Part shown: positions 1 to 10,600 of the stretch, piece by piece | Layout: the number at the start of each line of letters is the position of its first letter | Numbering within the stretch: the first letter of the stretch is position 1 | Origin: an uncultured Lentisphaeraceae bacterium | GTDB lineage: Bacteria; Verrucomicrobiota; Kiritimatiellia; RFP12; UBA1067 | Assembly: GCA_964567665.1 (NCBI GenBank) | Contig: CAZMNN010000004.1 | Location: 21,660-85,659 of the forward strand | Reading direction: 5' to 3' | DNA length: 64,000 nucleotides | Program-made: the position numbers and the translations under genes | The notes under the pieces: generated by a model | What the model was told of the DNA's origin: nothing | The model's database searches: none | What the model saw: only the letters and a program-made list of their open reading frames with translations

Positions 1-197
1 TCGCACTCCGCAACGGCGGCAGTCCGATGTCCTGGGAGGAGATGGAGAAGGTTGCGCGGATCGGAATCCGGACGCGCTGCCAGAAGCTTGCGGACTACAA
101 GCGCCCGCGCAAGATACTTGTCCTTCACGAGCCGCTTGAGCGCACGTCCATCCAGAAGGTGCGCCGTGTTGCGTACAAGGGAATGCTTGACGAATGA
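1..197 (+). CDS. C-terminal fragment of an AMP-dependent synthetase/ligase (acyl-CoA synthetase-like); 5' end lies outside the window
   Basis: Open frame runs into the window and ends at TGA 195-197. The tail ...KLADYKRPRKILVLHEPLERTSIQKVRRV resembles the conserved C-terminus of AMP-binding enzymes. Confidence 0.45.
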   Translation, partial: ALRNGGSPMSWEEMEKVARIGIRTRCQKLADYKRPRKILVLHEPLERTSIQKVRRVAYKGMLDE

Positions 198-242
198 CGT
201 TGAGGTTTCCTTGCGGAATGAAGCGCTGACGATGGTGATGTC

Positions 243-1034
243 ATGAATATGCTCGTATCGAAAAAGTCGTGGATGCTTGCTCCTGCGGTGTTTCTGCTGT
301 CGCTGGCCGCGCTTGCCGTCACCTGGGCGGTAATGGAGCCGCAGGCTCTGCGGTCGGCGTTTGATGCCGCAGGGTATTCGTTCTTTGAGACGCTGACCGT
401 TCCGTTCTATGCGTTGATAGTTCCGCTTGTGTGGCTGTGCTGCCCGTTTGGCGGTTCGGCGAAGCGCAAGGTTCTTCTCTGCGCAGGTGTATCCTGCATC
501 GCGGCGATGGCGGTCGTAAAGGAGCTTGATCTGCACCTTGTCCTCATGCGGCAGCTCTATCCGGACGTCATCAACCCCGACGGCAGCGTATATGGGCTTC
601 TGAAGCCTGACGGCTCTCCGCTCACAGGGACGCCGTTCAAGATGCGCTTCCTCACGAACGCCGGTGCGCCGTTCGGAGCGAAGGTGGTCGCCGTTTCGTA
701 TTTTGCGCTTCTGTTCGGAGTGTTTGCGGCCATGCTCGCGTATTTCTTCCCGCGCCTTGTGAAGGGGTTCTTCAAGCTCCATCCTGTCGCCTGGACGATG
801 TGCTTTTTCGGCGCCTCGGGCGTGATGGTGCAGGTGTTCGACAGGCTGCCCGCATGGTACAGGCACTCATGCGGTCTTGCAAAGATGGATCTTGCCGATT
901 CGTTTTCGGCATTTTGCACGGCCTTTGAGGAAGGCGGGGAGATGATGATTGCGGCGTTCGCACTGTTGGCGATACTTCAGGCCCATGCGATATACGCCGG
1001 AGACAGGCCGCCGCCGGAGTTCGCTGAACTGTGA
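243..1034 (+). CDS. hypothetical polytopic membrane protein
   Basis: 263-aa ORF with several hydrophobic segments and no recognised family. Its frame is preferred over the antisense ORFs here. Confidence 0.55.
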   Translation: MNMLVSKKSWMLAPAVFLLSLAALAVTWAVMEPQALRSAFDAAGYSFFETLTVPFYALIVPLVWLCCPFGGSAKRKVLLCAGVSCIAAMAVVKELDLHLVLMRQLYPDVINPDGSVYGLLKPDGSPLTGTPFKMRFLTNAGAPFGAKVVAVSYFALLFGVFAAMLAYFFPRLVKGFFKLHPVAWTMCFFGASGVMVQVFDRLPAWYRHSCGLAKMDLADSFSAFCTAFEEGGEMMIAAFALLAILQAHAIYAGDRPPPEFAEL

Positions 1035-1068
1035 TTTCTGAAAGAAAGCCACAACGAGGAAAAAACAA

Positions 1069-2301
1069 ATGAAGCTGGAAGAGTTGAAGGGCAAGACCGT
1101 CGGCGTATGCGTGTCGGGCGGTCTCGATTCCAAAACGATATGCTGCGTCCTGCTGGATGCCGGCGTAAAGGTGAAGGCGTTCTCCGCCAACGTCGGACAG
1201 CCTGACGAGAAGAACATCAACGACATCAAGAAGCGCATGGCGCCTACCGGCGTCAAGACCGAGATCGTGGACGTCACCAAGGAGATGGCAGACATCTGCT
1301 TCGAGACGGTCAAGTGCCAGGCCATGTATGACGGCGGCTACTGGAACTCCACGGGCATCGCCCGCGCAGTCACTGTTCAGAAGCTCCTGCCCGCGATGAA
1401 GAAGGCCGGCTGCGTGGCGCTCGTGCATGGCGCGACGGGGCGCGGCAACGACCAGATGCGCTTTGAACGCTACACCAATGTGCTTGACCCCGATTTCGGC
1501 GTGTACGCCCCCTGGCGCGACTCTGAGCTTCTCAAGAAGTTCCCCGGACGCACGGAGATGGTGGACTTCCTCGCCGAGCGCGGCATTGTGGCGTTTGTCG
1601 GCACGAAGAAGAAATACTCCACTGATGCGAACCTTGCCGGACTTTCCCACGAAGCCGAGGATCTTGAATCCATGGAGACGTCCATGCGCATCGTGAAGCC
1701 CACGATGGGCGTGTGGCCGGAGGACGCCCCCGACAAGGTCGAGAAGATCGTCCTCAAGTTCGAGAAGGGCCGTTGCGTTGCCGTCAACGGCAAGAAGATG
1801 GATCCGTACAAGGTCATGCTTCTCCTGAACAAGATCGGCGGACGCAACGGCATCGGCATGAAGCACGCGCTGGAGAACCGCATCATCGGCACGAAGAGCC
1901 GCGGCGTGTACGAGGCTCCCGGCATGGAGGTGCTTTCCTGGGGTCTCAAGTACATCTATGAGGGTATCATGGATCGCCGTTCGACCCTCCTCTTCCAGCA
2001 GCTCTCCAAGTTTGTCGCAGACCAGATCTACGATGGCCGCTGGTTCGATCCTGCAACCCAGGCGGCGCGTTCCGCAATCCAGGTGTGGGCGGACAAGGCC
2101 ACGGCTGAAATCACGCTCGGTCTCTACAAGGGCAACATCTACTTTGAGTCCCTCAAGGGTCTCAAGGCCACGATCTACAACGAGGCGGACAGCTCCATGG
2201 AGGCCTCTGACGGTCTCAATCCTCATTCGTCGCAGGGCTTTGCGGAGATTCAGTCCGTTGAGGCCAAGATGCTCGCGAAGAGCGGACAGATCAGGGTGTG
2301 A
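1069..2301 (+). CDS. argG: argininosuccinate synthase (E. coli-type)
   Basis: N-terminus GKTVGVCVSGGLDSKT...FSANVGQPDE matches the PP-loop and signature of E. coli-type ArgG. A purine-rich RBS (acgaggaaaaaac) precedes the ATG. Confidence 0.95.
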   Translation: MKLEELKGKTVGVCVSGGLDSKTICCVLLDAGVKVKAFSANVGQPDEKNINDIKKRMAPTGVKTEIVDVTKEMADICFETVKCQAMYDGGYWNSTGIARAVTVQKLLPAMKKAGCVALVHGATGRGNDQMRFERYTNVLDPDFGVYAPWRDSELLKKFPGRTEMVDFLAERGIVAFVGTKKKYSTDANLAGLSHEAEDLESMETSMRIVKPTMGVWPEDAPDKVEKIVLKFEKGRCVAVNGKKMDPYKVMLLLNKIGGRNGIGMKHALENRIIGTKSRGVYEAPGMEVLSWGLKYIYEGIMDRRSTLLFQQLSKFVADQIYDGRWFDPATQAARSAIQVWADKATAEITLGLYKGNIYFESLKGLKATIYNEADSSMEASDGLNPHSSQGFAEIQSVEAKMLAKSGQIRV

Positions 2302-2306
2302 GCCTT

Positions 2307-3890
2307 ATGCGGTGCGGCATTGCGAAACTGACGGCCGCCGTGGGATTTGCTGCGCTGTGCGTTGCGTCCTTCGCCGCCGATCAGGTCGGGTTGTATGATT
2401 ATCCCAGACTTCACGTGCCGCAGACGCTTTTGCGCGTACAGCTGATGAATGCTGTACGCGCCGGCAACATAACGAACATGGAGGCAATCTGCCGGCAGGG
2501 GCTTGAGCTTATGCCGGGGGATGCTACATGGCAGTACAATCTGGCGTGTGCGCTTGCATACCGCGCCACGCCGGATGCTGCGCTTGATGCGCTTGACAAG
2601 GCCGTCAAGGCAGGCTTCCGCAATGCGGCGGCAATCGAGGCCGACAACGACCTGAAGCGCATCGCCTCTACGGCGCGATTCAAGGCGATTGTGCAGGAGG
2701 CGCGTGACACCGCGAATATTCCCGTTCCTGGGATGCCATATCCCAAGACGGCAAGGTTGACACAGGGGACGAAACTTGTTCTCACAAAGCAGAATCTCAT
2801 TTGGGATTTTGACCGTGGTCTTTATGTCGCAAACTTCAAGTTCTTGCGTGGCGTCAGCGAGTCCGCAGAGGCGCGGGCCGCTCTGTACGACGGGCCGGCG
2901 AAAGATGTGTTGGCGGCATGGATAGCGGACGGAACGGCTTCGGGCAACGGCGGCGATCTGTATGTGAACCGTGACGGCAACCATTCCCGCATAAAGGCGG
3001 ATGCGTTTCCGCTGCTTTCGGAACTCTGCTTTGAGGCAGAGGCGAGACGGAAGAACGTCGACAAGGCTTTACCGAATGCGCTCTATCCTGGAGCTGCGGT
3101 CGTAGGAAACGCATCGCTTGCAATCAATTCAACAAACGATTCCTGTTCGCTTGTGCGCATGGCGATGCAGGATCCCGCCGCGCTGCTCGCTCTTCAGCAG
3201 TGCTATCTCGACAACCAGTTTTGGGTGTTTCCCGCCCACAAGGATTTTGTGCCTGAAAAGGGGATTGACCGCTACATGGGCGTAACGCCGTGCGCGTTGC
3301 AGTCGGTAGGCTCAAGCGGGTCGGACAGGTATTTCGTCCGTGCGGCATTGGCCGCATCTGCGGCGTTGCGGCCTGAAACCAAGGCGGCTGTGCTTTCCAG
3401 AAAGGCCTTTGGTCCGCTTATGCAACATCTCTTCAGGCGTACGCGCAAAGGTGTGGAGAGCGATGCAGACTATCTTACGGAAAAGGCGCATCCTACGGCA
3501 TTCGACCGGAGTTCGCTTGACGTTGAGCGAATGGTTCAGATGGCGCACGGGCTTACGCCAGAATCCATACCTCCAACGCTTCTGCCGCTTTCGTCGTTTG
3601 TGCCGGTTAAGTCCACTGACCTCGAACGTGAACTCGATTTCACGTTCCGTCCGTTTGCATCCTCAGCCTCCGGTTCGGAGCTGACATACGAATGGCGTAC
3701 AGTGCACGGCGATGCAAAGAGGGTTGTGATCACCCCAGGACAGAACGGTTCAGTGCATCTTTCGGTGGATTGCCGCAGTTTGACGAACCGCATAGACGTG
3801 GCCTGCTTCGCCAAAACGGCGACGAGCACATGGAGCGCACCGTCATTCATCTGCATCTATCCGATCCCCTCTGTCGGTTTCGCTCGCTGA
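2307..3890 (+). CDS. secreted hypothetical protein with a TPR-like N-terminal region
   Basis: Signal-peptide-like N-terminus MRCGIAKLTAAVGFAALCVASFAADQ and a TPR-like stretch (LELMPGDATWQYNLACALAYRA...). An alternative GTG start at 2298 overlaps the argG stop as GTGA. Confidence 0.65.
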   Translation: MRCGIAKLTAAVGFAALCVASFAADQVGLYDYPRLHVPQTLLRVQLMNAVRAGNITNMEAICRQGLELMPGDATWQYNLACALAYRATPDAALDALDKAVKAGFRNAAAIEADNDLKRIASTARFKAIVQEARDTANIPVPGMPYPKTARLTQGTKLVLTKQNLIWDFDRGLYVANFKFLRGVSESAEARAALYDGPAKDVLAAWIADGTASGNGGDLYVNRDGNHSRIKADAFPLLSELCFEAEARRKNVDKALPNALYPGAAVVGNASLAINSTNDSCSLVRMAMQDPAALLALQQCYLDNQFWVFPAHKDFVPEKGIDRYMGVTPCALQSVGSSGSDRYFVRAALAASAALRPETKAAVLSRKAFGPLMQHLFRRTRKGVESDADYLTEKAHPTAFDRSSLDVERMVQMAHGLTPESIPPTLLPLSSFVPVKSTDLERELDFTFRPFASSASGSELTYEWRTVHGDAKRVVITPGQNGSVHLSVDCRSLTNRIDVACFAKTATSTWSAPSFICIYPIPSVGFAR

Positions 3891-3957
3891 ATGCGCGCAC
3901 AATTTCGTCATTTTTCATTTCAGCCGATGGATGCCTGTTCTGCGCTGATGTGCAATG

Positions 3958-3966
3958 TGCTATAAT
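3958..3966 (+). promoter_or_regulatory. extended -10 promoter TGCTATAAT (leaderless DMT gene)
   Basis: Ends 9 nt before ATG 3976. Confidence 0.5.
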
Positions 3967-3975
3967 GCCGCCCCC

Positions 3976-4320
3976 ATGGGAAACATAAGTCTTGCTACAG
4001 TGGGATTGCTGGCAATCTCGAACTTCATCATGTGCATCGCATGGTACGGACATCTCCGCAATCTCGGAAGTGCGCCGCTGTGGGTCGCAATAGTGTCCTC
4101 CTGGGCGATTGCGCTTGCCGAATACTGCTTTGCCGTGCCGGCAAACCGCATCGGAGCGCGGACGATGAGCCTTGAACAGCTGAAGATAACGCAGGAGGCC
4201 GTATCCCTGCTGATCTTCATCCCGTTCTCGATCCTGATAATGAAGCAGCCGATATCCTGGAACTATGGCATTGCCATGGTCTGCATCCTCGCGGCTGTGT
4301 TCTTCATATCACGCGCATGA
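3976..4320 (+). CDS. small DMT-superfamily membrane protein (DUF486-like, 4 TM)
   Basis: 115-aa ORF with four hydrophobic helices and an EamA-like half-domain pattern. The ATG sits 9 nt after a TGCTATAAT promoter. Confidence 0.7.
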   Translation: MGNISLATVGLLAISNFIMCIAWYGHLRNLGSAPLWVAIVSSWAIALAEYCFAVPANRIGARTMSLEQLKITQEAVSLLIFIPFSILIMKQPISWNYGIAMVCILAAVFFISRA

Positions 4321-4343
4321 GATGCCGGTTTGCGCCTTTCAGT

Positions 4344-5243
4344 TCAGTATGACCGCAAAGCCTTGAAGAAGTCGTCGTTCGACGTGCGGACGGTCGGGAA
4401 TTCCAGTATCGAAAACCTGAACGGCCTGGACGGCGCTGGAGAGAATCGCAGGTCGGTCGTCCACCATTCGTTGAGACCGAGGTTTGCCGGACACGGCTCT
4501 TCGAGGACGATTCCGCTCGGCCCCATGCCCTTGCCGTCCGCCGAGCCGTCGTAATCCGCGTCCTCAAGCGCGAACAGGCGTTCGTCTCCGCGCAGTGTGA
4601 TGCGTTCGTTCGGGCGCGGCGGATAGAACCGCAAGTCGCTCCTGACCTGTCGGCGATATCCCTTGAACTTCGTCTTCTTTCCCGGCCCGTAGTCGAGGAA
4701 GGACGGGATTGCGCTGACGTGTACGACCATGCCGGTGACCGGACGCAGGGATTCCGCCAGCGGCGCAACCTCGAACTTCAGAAGAGGCGACTCCGGTTCG
4801 AGCCAGGTCTGAAACCTCACGGAGGCGCCGTCGAAGTTGAAGTGCGCCTCGATGCCTGCGGCCTCGCCGTCCGTGAATTGCCGAAGCGCGTTTGGACGCA
4901 GCTGCAGCCTGTCCCACGGAATTCCGTTCACCGTTAGCTTGATGCCGTCTATCAGTCCGCACACGCCGTGGCTGTCGTAAACCTTCGTGAACGACTGGTT
5001 GTGCCCCGATCCGTTGTTTGCGCTGAACGCGAAACGTCGCGGCTTGCCGTTGTGTGCGCGGACATTGCGAAAGGAGAGCCCCCAGGATGCTTTTCCGTTG
5101 GCCATCGTGACGGTGCGTTCGAGCGACAGCTCCTTGCGCAGCGCATTGGGTTCGCGGATGTCCACGGAGACTGCCGCCGCGCACAGGAACGGCAGCACTG
5201 CGGAAACGGCGCAGGACGTGATGGTCTTCATCGTGGTACTCAT
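4344..5243 (-). CDS. secreted hypothetical protein
   Basis: N-terminal signal peptide (MKTITSCAVSAVLPFLCAAAVS). It lies immediately downstream of, and co-directional with, the DUF4838 gene. Confidence 0.6.
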   Translation of the reverse strand: MSTTMKTITSCAVSAVLPFLCAAAVSVDIREPNALRKELSLERTVTMANGKASWGLSFRNVRAHNGKPRRFAFSANNGSGHNQSFTKVYDSHGVCGLIDGIKLTVNGIPWDRLQLRPNALRQFTDGEAAGIEAHFNFDGASVRFQTWLEPESPLLKFEVAPLAESLRPVTGMVVHVSAIPSFLDYGPGKKTKFKGYRRQVRSDLRFYPPRPNERITLRGDERLFALEDADYDGSADGKGMGPSGIVLEEPCPANLGLNEWWTTDLRFSPAPSRPFRFSILEFPTVRTSNDDFFKALRSY

Positions 5244-5248
5244 GGCGG

Positions 5249-7576
5249 TCAGTCTCCCAGTCCGACGAAACGGAGGATGCCGAACATGTCGCGGTTGTGG
5301 TTGTTGCCCATCGTGAAGGCGCTTCCGTTAGATTCGCGCACACCGCCTCGCCGGTTGCTGACGATGTTCGCGTTCCACTGGTCGTAAACCTTTGGCGCAC
5401 CTTCGTCGAATGCGTTCCACGGGACGAAGAACTCGGCCTGCCATCCGCCACCCCTGATCTTCGAGACGTGACGGAAGCCGGGGACGCGATAGTTGGCATC
5501 GGCGGGCTGCACGATCGGCAGATGCCGCTGCTTGCTGAGATAGTCGCGGTCAAGGCAGTCGAACGCCATCTGGTACTCCTGCTCCTTGCCGAGTCCAGGC
5601 AAGAACAGAAGCTCGACGGAGTCGTTGGCCCACAGATCCTTGGCTCGGTCCGCCTTTGGCGCGTACGGCGCGTCAATGCGTCCGTGAAGGCCGCTTTCGT
5701 CCCAGGCGAGCCGGATCGCGGCCGGGTTCTTCGCCTTGGCACCCGTCGTGGTCGTCAGGAGCGGCATCGGCGGAACGGTCGACCAGTCGAGATTGTTCGT
5801 CCGGCGCTTGACGTCGTAGACGGGCGGCTCGTACGCCGCCAGCGCCCGGTGCGTCTTGAACGTCTCGACCCAGTAGTCCGTAATCAGAGCCAGCCGTCTT
5901 GCCTCGTCAGAGCCAGGCGCAACGGCTTTCTGCGCCGCCGCAACGCACGATTCAAGTCTGCCGATCGCATCGACGGGCAAGGCTCCAGACCGGCCCTTGC
6001 TTTGGACGACCGAATCGAGGTAGGCCTTCTTCAGGATGCGGTGAAACTCCGCCATCTCGGCGCCGGCCTTTTCGCCGAGGCAGTCGCGCATGATCTCCGG
6101 AATCGCCTCGTCTGGATTGTAGTCTGGGTTCCATTCGGCCCGCCAGATGCCGTAGGCCGACCAGAAGTAGTGCCAGATGTCATGCCCGCCGTCAAAGTCG
6201 TAGAACATCCCGCCTTCGCGGCTCAGGTACTTGCCGAGCAGCTTCGGCACGTCGCCGGTGAATTCGGGGATGATTGCGCGGGCAAAGCGGTCGTTGCGGT
6301 CGGTGTACAGCCAGGCCTTGAGCGCCGGTCGGCCGCCGAGCGCGTCGTACCATTCGCGGAAGATCCGGACGGCATTGGCGGCGGCTTCCGGATTGCGCGT
6401 CTTCGCGGGCAGGTCGCCGGCGCACACGTTGACCTCGACGTTGTCGGGCAACGTGAAGCGCGGGTCGGACGGCGCATGGAGCGCCTGGTAGTAGATGAGC
6501 AGGAACAGGCGCTTGTCCGGCATCTCGCGCTTCAGCCGGTTGCCGAGATGCTGGTAGAACCGCGCATAGATGTTGCACGCCCAGGCGTCAGGGCCGCGCT
6601 TGTCGTCCGCCGGATTGATCAGCCCCAGCTTCTCGACGGTCGGATTCCCGGTAAACTCCGAACGCTGGAGGTATGTGTCGCAGACCCCGAACGAGCAGGT
6701 CGTCGGAGAGAACTCGCGGCGGTAATCGCCGTTGTCGATCTTTCCGTTGGACGAATAGTAGAGTTTCCAGTCGTCGATCAGCAGGTCGGCGAACGAGAGG
6801 TCGACCACGTTCCAGGCGTTGCCGATATGGGCGAACGGATTGTGCCAGAACTTGCCCGACGGGGAGGTGTAGAAGATCGTCTTGAGCTTGTCCGGATGGT
6901 TCTTTGCCATCGCTTCAGGCGTCGGCGAGTGCGAGCCGCCCGGACACGCGACGCCGCCGTCCTTCCAGTAGTCGACGAAGTTCCGCGCATCTTGTGTGCT
7001 GATCTCGCCCATGTATGGACGCCAATGGTCGATGCGGGCCTTGTTCTCCGCCGATGTGTATACGTAGTACTTGTCTCCGCGCTTCTTGAACCACGCCTCG
7101 TCTTCGTACGCAAACGGGCTGACAGTGAGATTCGTGACGGCAGGGTAGATCGTGCCGGTCTCGCCGGGGAAGTACCATCTCACGCCCAGCACGCGCTCGG
7201 CGAAGTCGAGCGCGGCGTAACGCGCATTGCCGCCGAGGACGATGCCCGTCGGCGTTGTCCGCATCGCGATCTTCTGGCACGTCGGATCGGCGTCAGGCTC
7301 GAACGAAATCCTGAACTTCGCGCTTTCCTTGAGCGGTGGCCTCCCCACCGTCTTTTCAACGCATTTTTCGATGAGAGCCGCGCCCCATTTCACATCGGCG
7401 TTAGTCAAGTCGCCCTCGATTGAAAATGCCGGTACGCCGTTTTCGACGAATTTCATCGGTTCGCCAGGCGGCATCGCCGACAGCGTGATGGGCGTCAGCG
7501 CCTTTGACTGGAGGTTGTAGGCATTGGCCTGGCAAGCCGCAAGTGCGGCGGCTGCGATTGTTATCAGCTTGTTCAT
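5249..7576 (-). CDS. secreted DUF4838-like putative glycoside hydrolase with a C-terminal CBM9/DOMON-like module
   Basis: Signal peptide MNKLITIAAAALAACQANA and DUF4838-like core motifs. The C-terminal WDESGLHGRIDAPY...NDSVELLFLPGLGKEQEYQMAFD resembles CBM9. The 708-aa antisense ORF in this region is treated as a GC artefact. Confidence 0.8.
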   Translation of the reverse strand: MNKLITIAAAALAACQANAYNLQSKALTPITLSAMPPGEPMKFVENGVPAFSIEGDLTNADVKWGAALIEKCVEKTVGRPPLKESAKFRISFEPDADPTCQKIAMRTTPTGIVLGGNARYAALDFAERVLGVRWYFPGETGTIYPAVTNLTVSPFAYEDEAWFKKRGDKYYVYTSAENKARIDHWRPYMGEISTQDARNFVDYWKDGGVACPGGSHSPTPEAMAKNHPDKLKTIFYTSPSGKFWHNPFAHIGNAWNVVDLSFADLLIDDWKLYYSSNGKIDNGDYRREFSPTTCSFGVCDTYLQRSEFTGNPTVEKLGLINPADDKRGPDAWACNIYARFYQHLGNRLKREMPDKRLFLLIYYQALHAPSDPRFTLPDNVEVNVCAGDLPAKTRNPEAAANAVRIFREWYDALGGRPALKAWLYTDRNDRFARAIIPEFTGDVPKLLGKYLSREGGMFYDFDGGHDIWHYFWSAYGIWRAEWNPDYNPDEAIPEIMRDCLGEKAGAEMAEFHRILKKAYLDSVVQSKGRSGALPVDAIGRLESCVAAAQKAVAPGSDEARRLALITDYWVETFKTHRALAAYEPPVYDVKRRTNNLDWSTVPPMPLLTTTTGAKAKNPAAIRLAWDESGLHGRIDAPYAPKADRAKDLWANDSVELLFLPGLGKEQEYQMAFDCLDRDYLSKQRHLPIVQPADANYRVPGFRHVSKIRGGGWQAEFFVPWNAFDEGAPKVYDQWNANIVSNRRGGVRESNGSAFTMGNNHNRDMFGILRFVGLGD

Positions 7577-7634
7577 GTGTTGACCTGGTTGATGTGGTTG
7601 AATTGATTGGCGGAGTCCCGTCGGGAACGGGCGG

Positions 7635-10600
7635 CTATCGCAGGATTACGGTGAAGCCCGGCTTGCTGAACTCCTCTGGCGTCATGAGTGTCACGTTTGC
7701 CGGTACGCTTCCCGTGAACGTGAGATGCGAACCGTCCTCGACGACGAGCTTTGTGATTCCGGTGCGCGGCGTCGTGATTGACGAGAAGCCGTCGAGCGAA
7801 GCGATGAAGTTTGCCCGTTTGGCGAGCGACAGCGAAAATCCGGCAGCGTCGTCGGAGCGAAGGTTCGTGAATTCGGCCGTCGCGCTGCCGTTCAGCCGTA
7901 TTGTGCCGAAACCGGTGATGGCGTTCTGCACGGTCTTGCGTTCGGCGTTCGCAATCTCAAGCGTCGCCTCGTTCAGCAGGACGATGCCGGTTCCGGCTGT
8001 GCCGCCGTCCTTCAGGACGAGCGTGGACTTTATGACCTCCGTACCGCCGGTGTAGGTGTTGCAGGCCGAGAAGACGATTTTGCCGGGCGTGAACGGCGTT
8101 CCCACCGAAGAGGAGCCGATCTCGATTGCATCCCCGGAGATCACGTTCGAGAACGTGCCTTCAACGTCTGCGCCGTATGCCGTGATGCGCATCGGTGCCG
8201 TGACGTCCACCTTGCCCGCGACCTCGCCGTTCGACGTGAACAGGAACGCGCCGAGGCAGTTTTTGAATGTTGCGCCGCTCGTCGGGTGGAAGCGCGAGCC
8301 GCATCCGGAGGCCGTGATGCTGTTCGCGATCTTGATGCCGGGCTTTTCGAACCGGATGCAGCCTCCTGCCAGCGTACCGCCGCCGATGCGGATCGGTCCG
8401 GACGAGAACGCCGCGTCGTTCCCCGGAATGGCCTGTACGCCGTTGATGACGGTCTCGCCGGAGTAGGCGTTTGCGCCGTCGAGCTCCAGCACCATGCCGC
8501 TGACGTCAAACGAGGGTGGTGCGGCGAGCGTAAGACCGCCCGAACCAGTTATCTTGGCTTCGATCCGGGCGGCATATCGTCCGTTTCCTAACCAGCTGCC
8601 GACGACGATGCCTTCAGATGTTCCGAAATCGAGTGTCCCGGCGCCGCCGATTGATGCCGCACCCATCCAGCCGCCGTTGTTGAGCAGAATCGGCGCGGGG
8701 TTCACGCCGTCGCCGACGTGGAGTGTCGCCCCTTGCGAAATCGTAAGCACCGAGCGGCCGGATGTGCCCGAGGTGTCGGCGGTGCTGCTGCCGATGATTT
8801 TGAGGGCCGGAACAGACGTGTCCGCCGAAACGGTGGTGAGCGAATTGACGCGGACGGCGGATGCGGCGGTTCCGCCGTTCGCGAGTGCGGCGTATCCGCT
8901 GTAAGGGGCAATTTTGTCATTGGCGTAGGAGGCGAAGTCGATTTGGCCTGACGTTGTGACGAACATCGGCTCGATGATGCGTCCGTCTGATGCGGTGTCC
9001 GGCGCCGTCGTGAAGGTGACGTTGCCGTCGAACGTCGATGCCGCATCGGAGAAGAACAGTGTGCCGCGATCTTCGCGCACGGGTTCGCCGAGTTCATACG
9101 AGTGCACGACATCGTCGCTTCTGAGGCGGACGCATACCAGTCCCGCGCCGTTGTAGCGGAAGTTCCCGCCCGTGCCGATTTTCGCCGTGATCGCCGTATT
9201 AACGCCGAAGTCGTTGTTGGTGGTGGCCACTTCGATGCGACCGTTTCCGAGGCGGAAGTCGCCGGTTCCGAAAAGCGGTCCTTCGCCGGTGAGCATCGCC
9301 GGATAGTTCCCGATGACGAGCGTTCCGTCCGTGTTGTCGAAAAGCCCATTGATTGCAAGCGGCTCCTTGAACAGCAGGAATCCGGCTCCGATTCGCCTGA
9401 CGCCGCCGTCTGAAGCCGCGCCGGGGGCGGTCTCAAGGGCCTTGGAGAAGTAGACCTTGTGAAAGCCGCCGTCATAGGGGTAGTCCCTGCACCGGATGTC
9501 GAGCGTCATGCCTTTTTCTCCGATGTAGTGCGTGATCAATCCGTTTCCGCCGTCGAGATTCATGTTGAACATCGAGATGTAGTCGAGTGCCCTGAACACG
9601 CCGCCGTTCCAGAGGAACGTCTTTGCACGTGGCGAGGCCGAGACACCTCTGTGAGATTCGAACACGCCGCCGTCGGAGACCGTCACTTTGTCGGGAATTC
9701 CCTGACCCCAGCAGACGGTGCCGCCCGTGCGCACGTTCATCGTCCGGTTCGTAAATGAATCGCCGTTGTAGATAAAGACTTGGTCATGGCGAAGCGGTCG
9801 TCCGTAGTGTGCTCCGGTAGAAATGTTTTTCCCGCCGAGATAGGCGCCGTTCTCGACCGTCAGCACGGAGTCGTTGAAGAAGTAGATGTAGTATCGTCCC
9901 AGTTGACAGTCGCCGCCGCTAATGGTGACATCAGTGCCGTCGTTCTCGTTGGTTCCGATGTACATAACGCCGCCTTCAAGGTTGGCGTTCAGCAGTCGTA
10001 CCTTTCCGAGGAGCGTGACGCCACCGTCGCCGGTGATGCGGCTTCCGATCTCCACAGTCCGGCTTGTCGGCGCATTGAGGCGAAGACCTTCCCATGTTCC
10101 GTCGCCCCTGTAAGTGGATCTCAGAGTGACACTGGCCGGCAGATTGGTCGGCCAGCCGCTTTCCGTGCCGTCGCCCAGTATCATCCGGGCATCGCGCACG
10201 CCCAGTTCGCCGGTGAAGCCGTCTATAAGCGGGAGAGACGATGCCGTGAGGGTGCGTTCGCCGCCCCTGTTGAAGCAGAACTGCCCGGTGCCGGAAAGGC
10301 GCAATTGCGAGATGTTTTGGCAATCGGAATAAAGGGTGACCGGTTTGCCGTCCGTGTCGTTGAGATGCAACGCCGCGTCGCCTTCCGGAATGATGCGGTA
10401 GAGGTGGAAGTCGCCGATCTCCGGCGCGAACGAGATGGGGGCGACGGATGCGTCCTTGTAGGACGCGATGACGTTTGTGAATGCGGTTGACGAGCCGAGA
10501 ATGAACTTGAACTTTTCGGACGGCGTGTCGTTCTGGGCTGCGAACGACAGTCTTGCGAAGTACTTGCGAGCACCGTTGTCGCGCTCGTAGTCGCCGTGAA

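Noticed and set aside
772-2226. 484-aa minus-strand ORF opposite argG
   Set aside because: The opposite strand encodes an unmistakable ArgG, so this is a high-GC antisense artefact.
5297-7423. 708-aa plus-strand ORF opposite the DUF4838 gene
   Set aside because: It is antisense to an ORF with a signal peptide and recognisable DUF4838/CBM9 motifs. Its composition is Arg/Ala/Val-rich, typical of GC-driven shadow ORFs.
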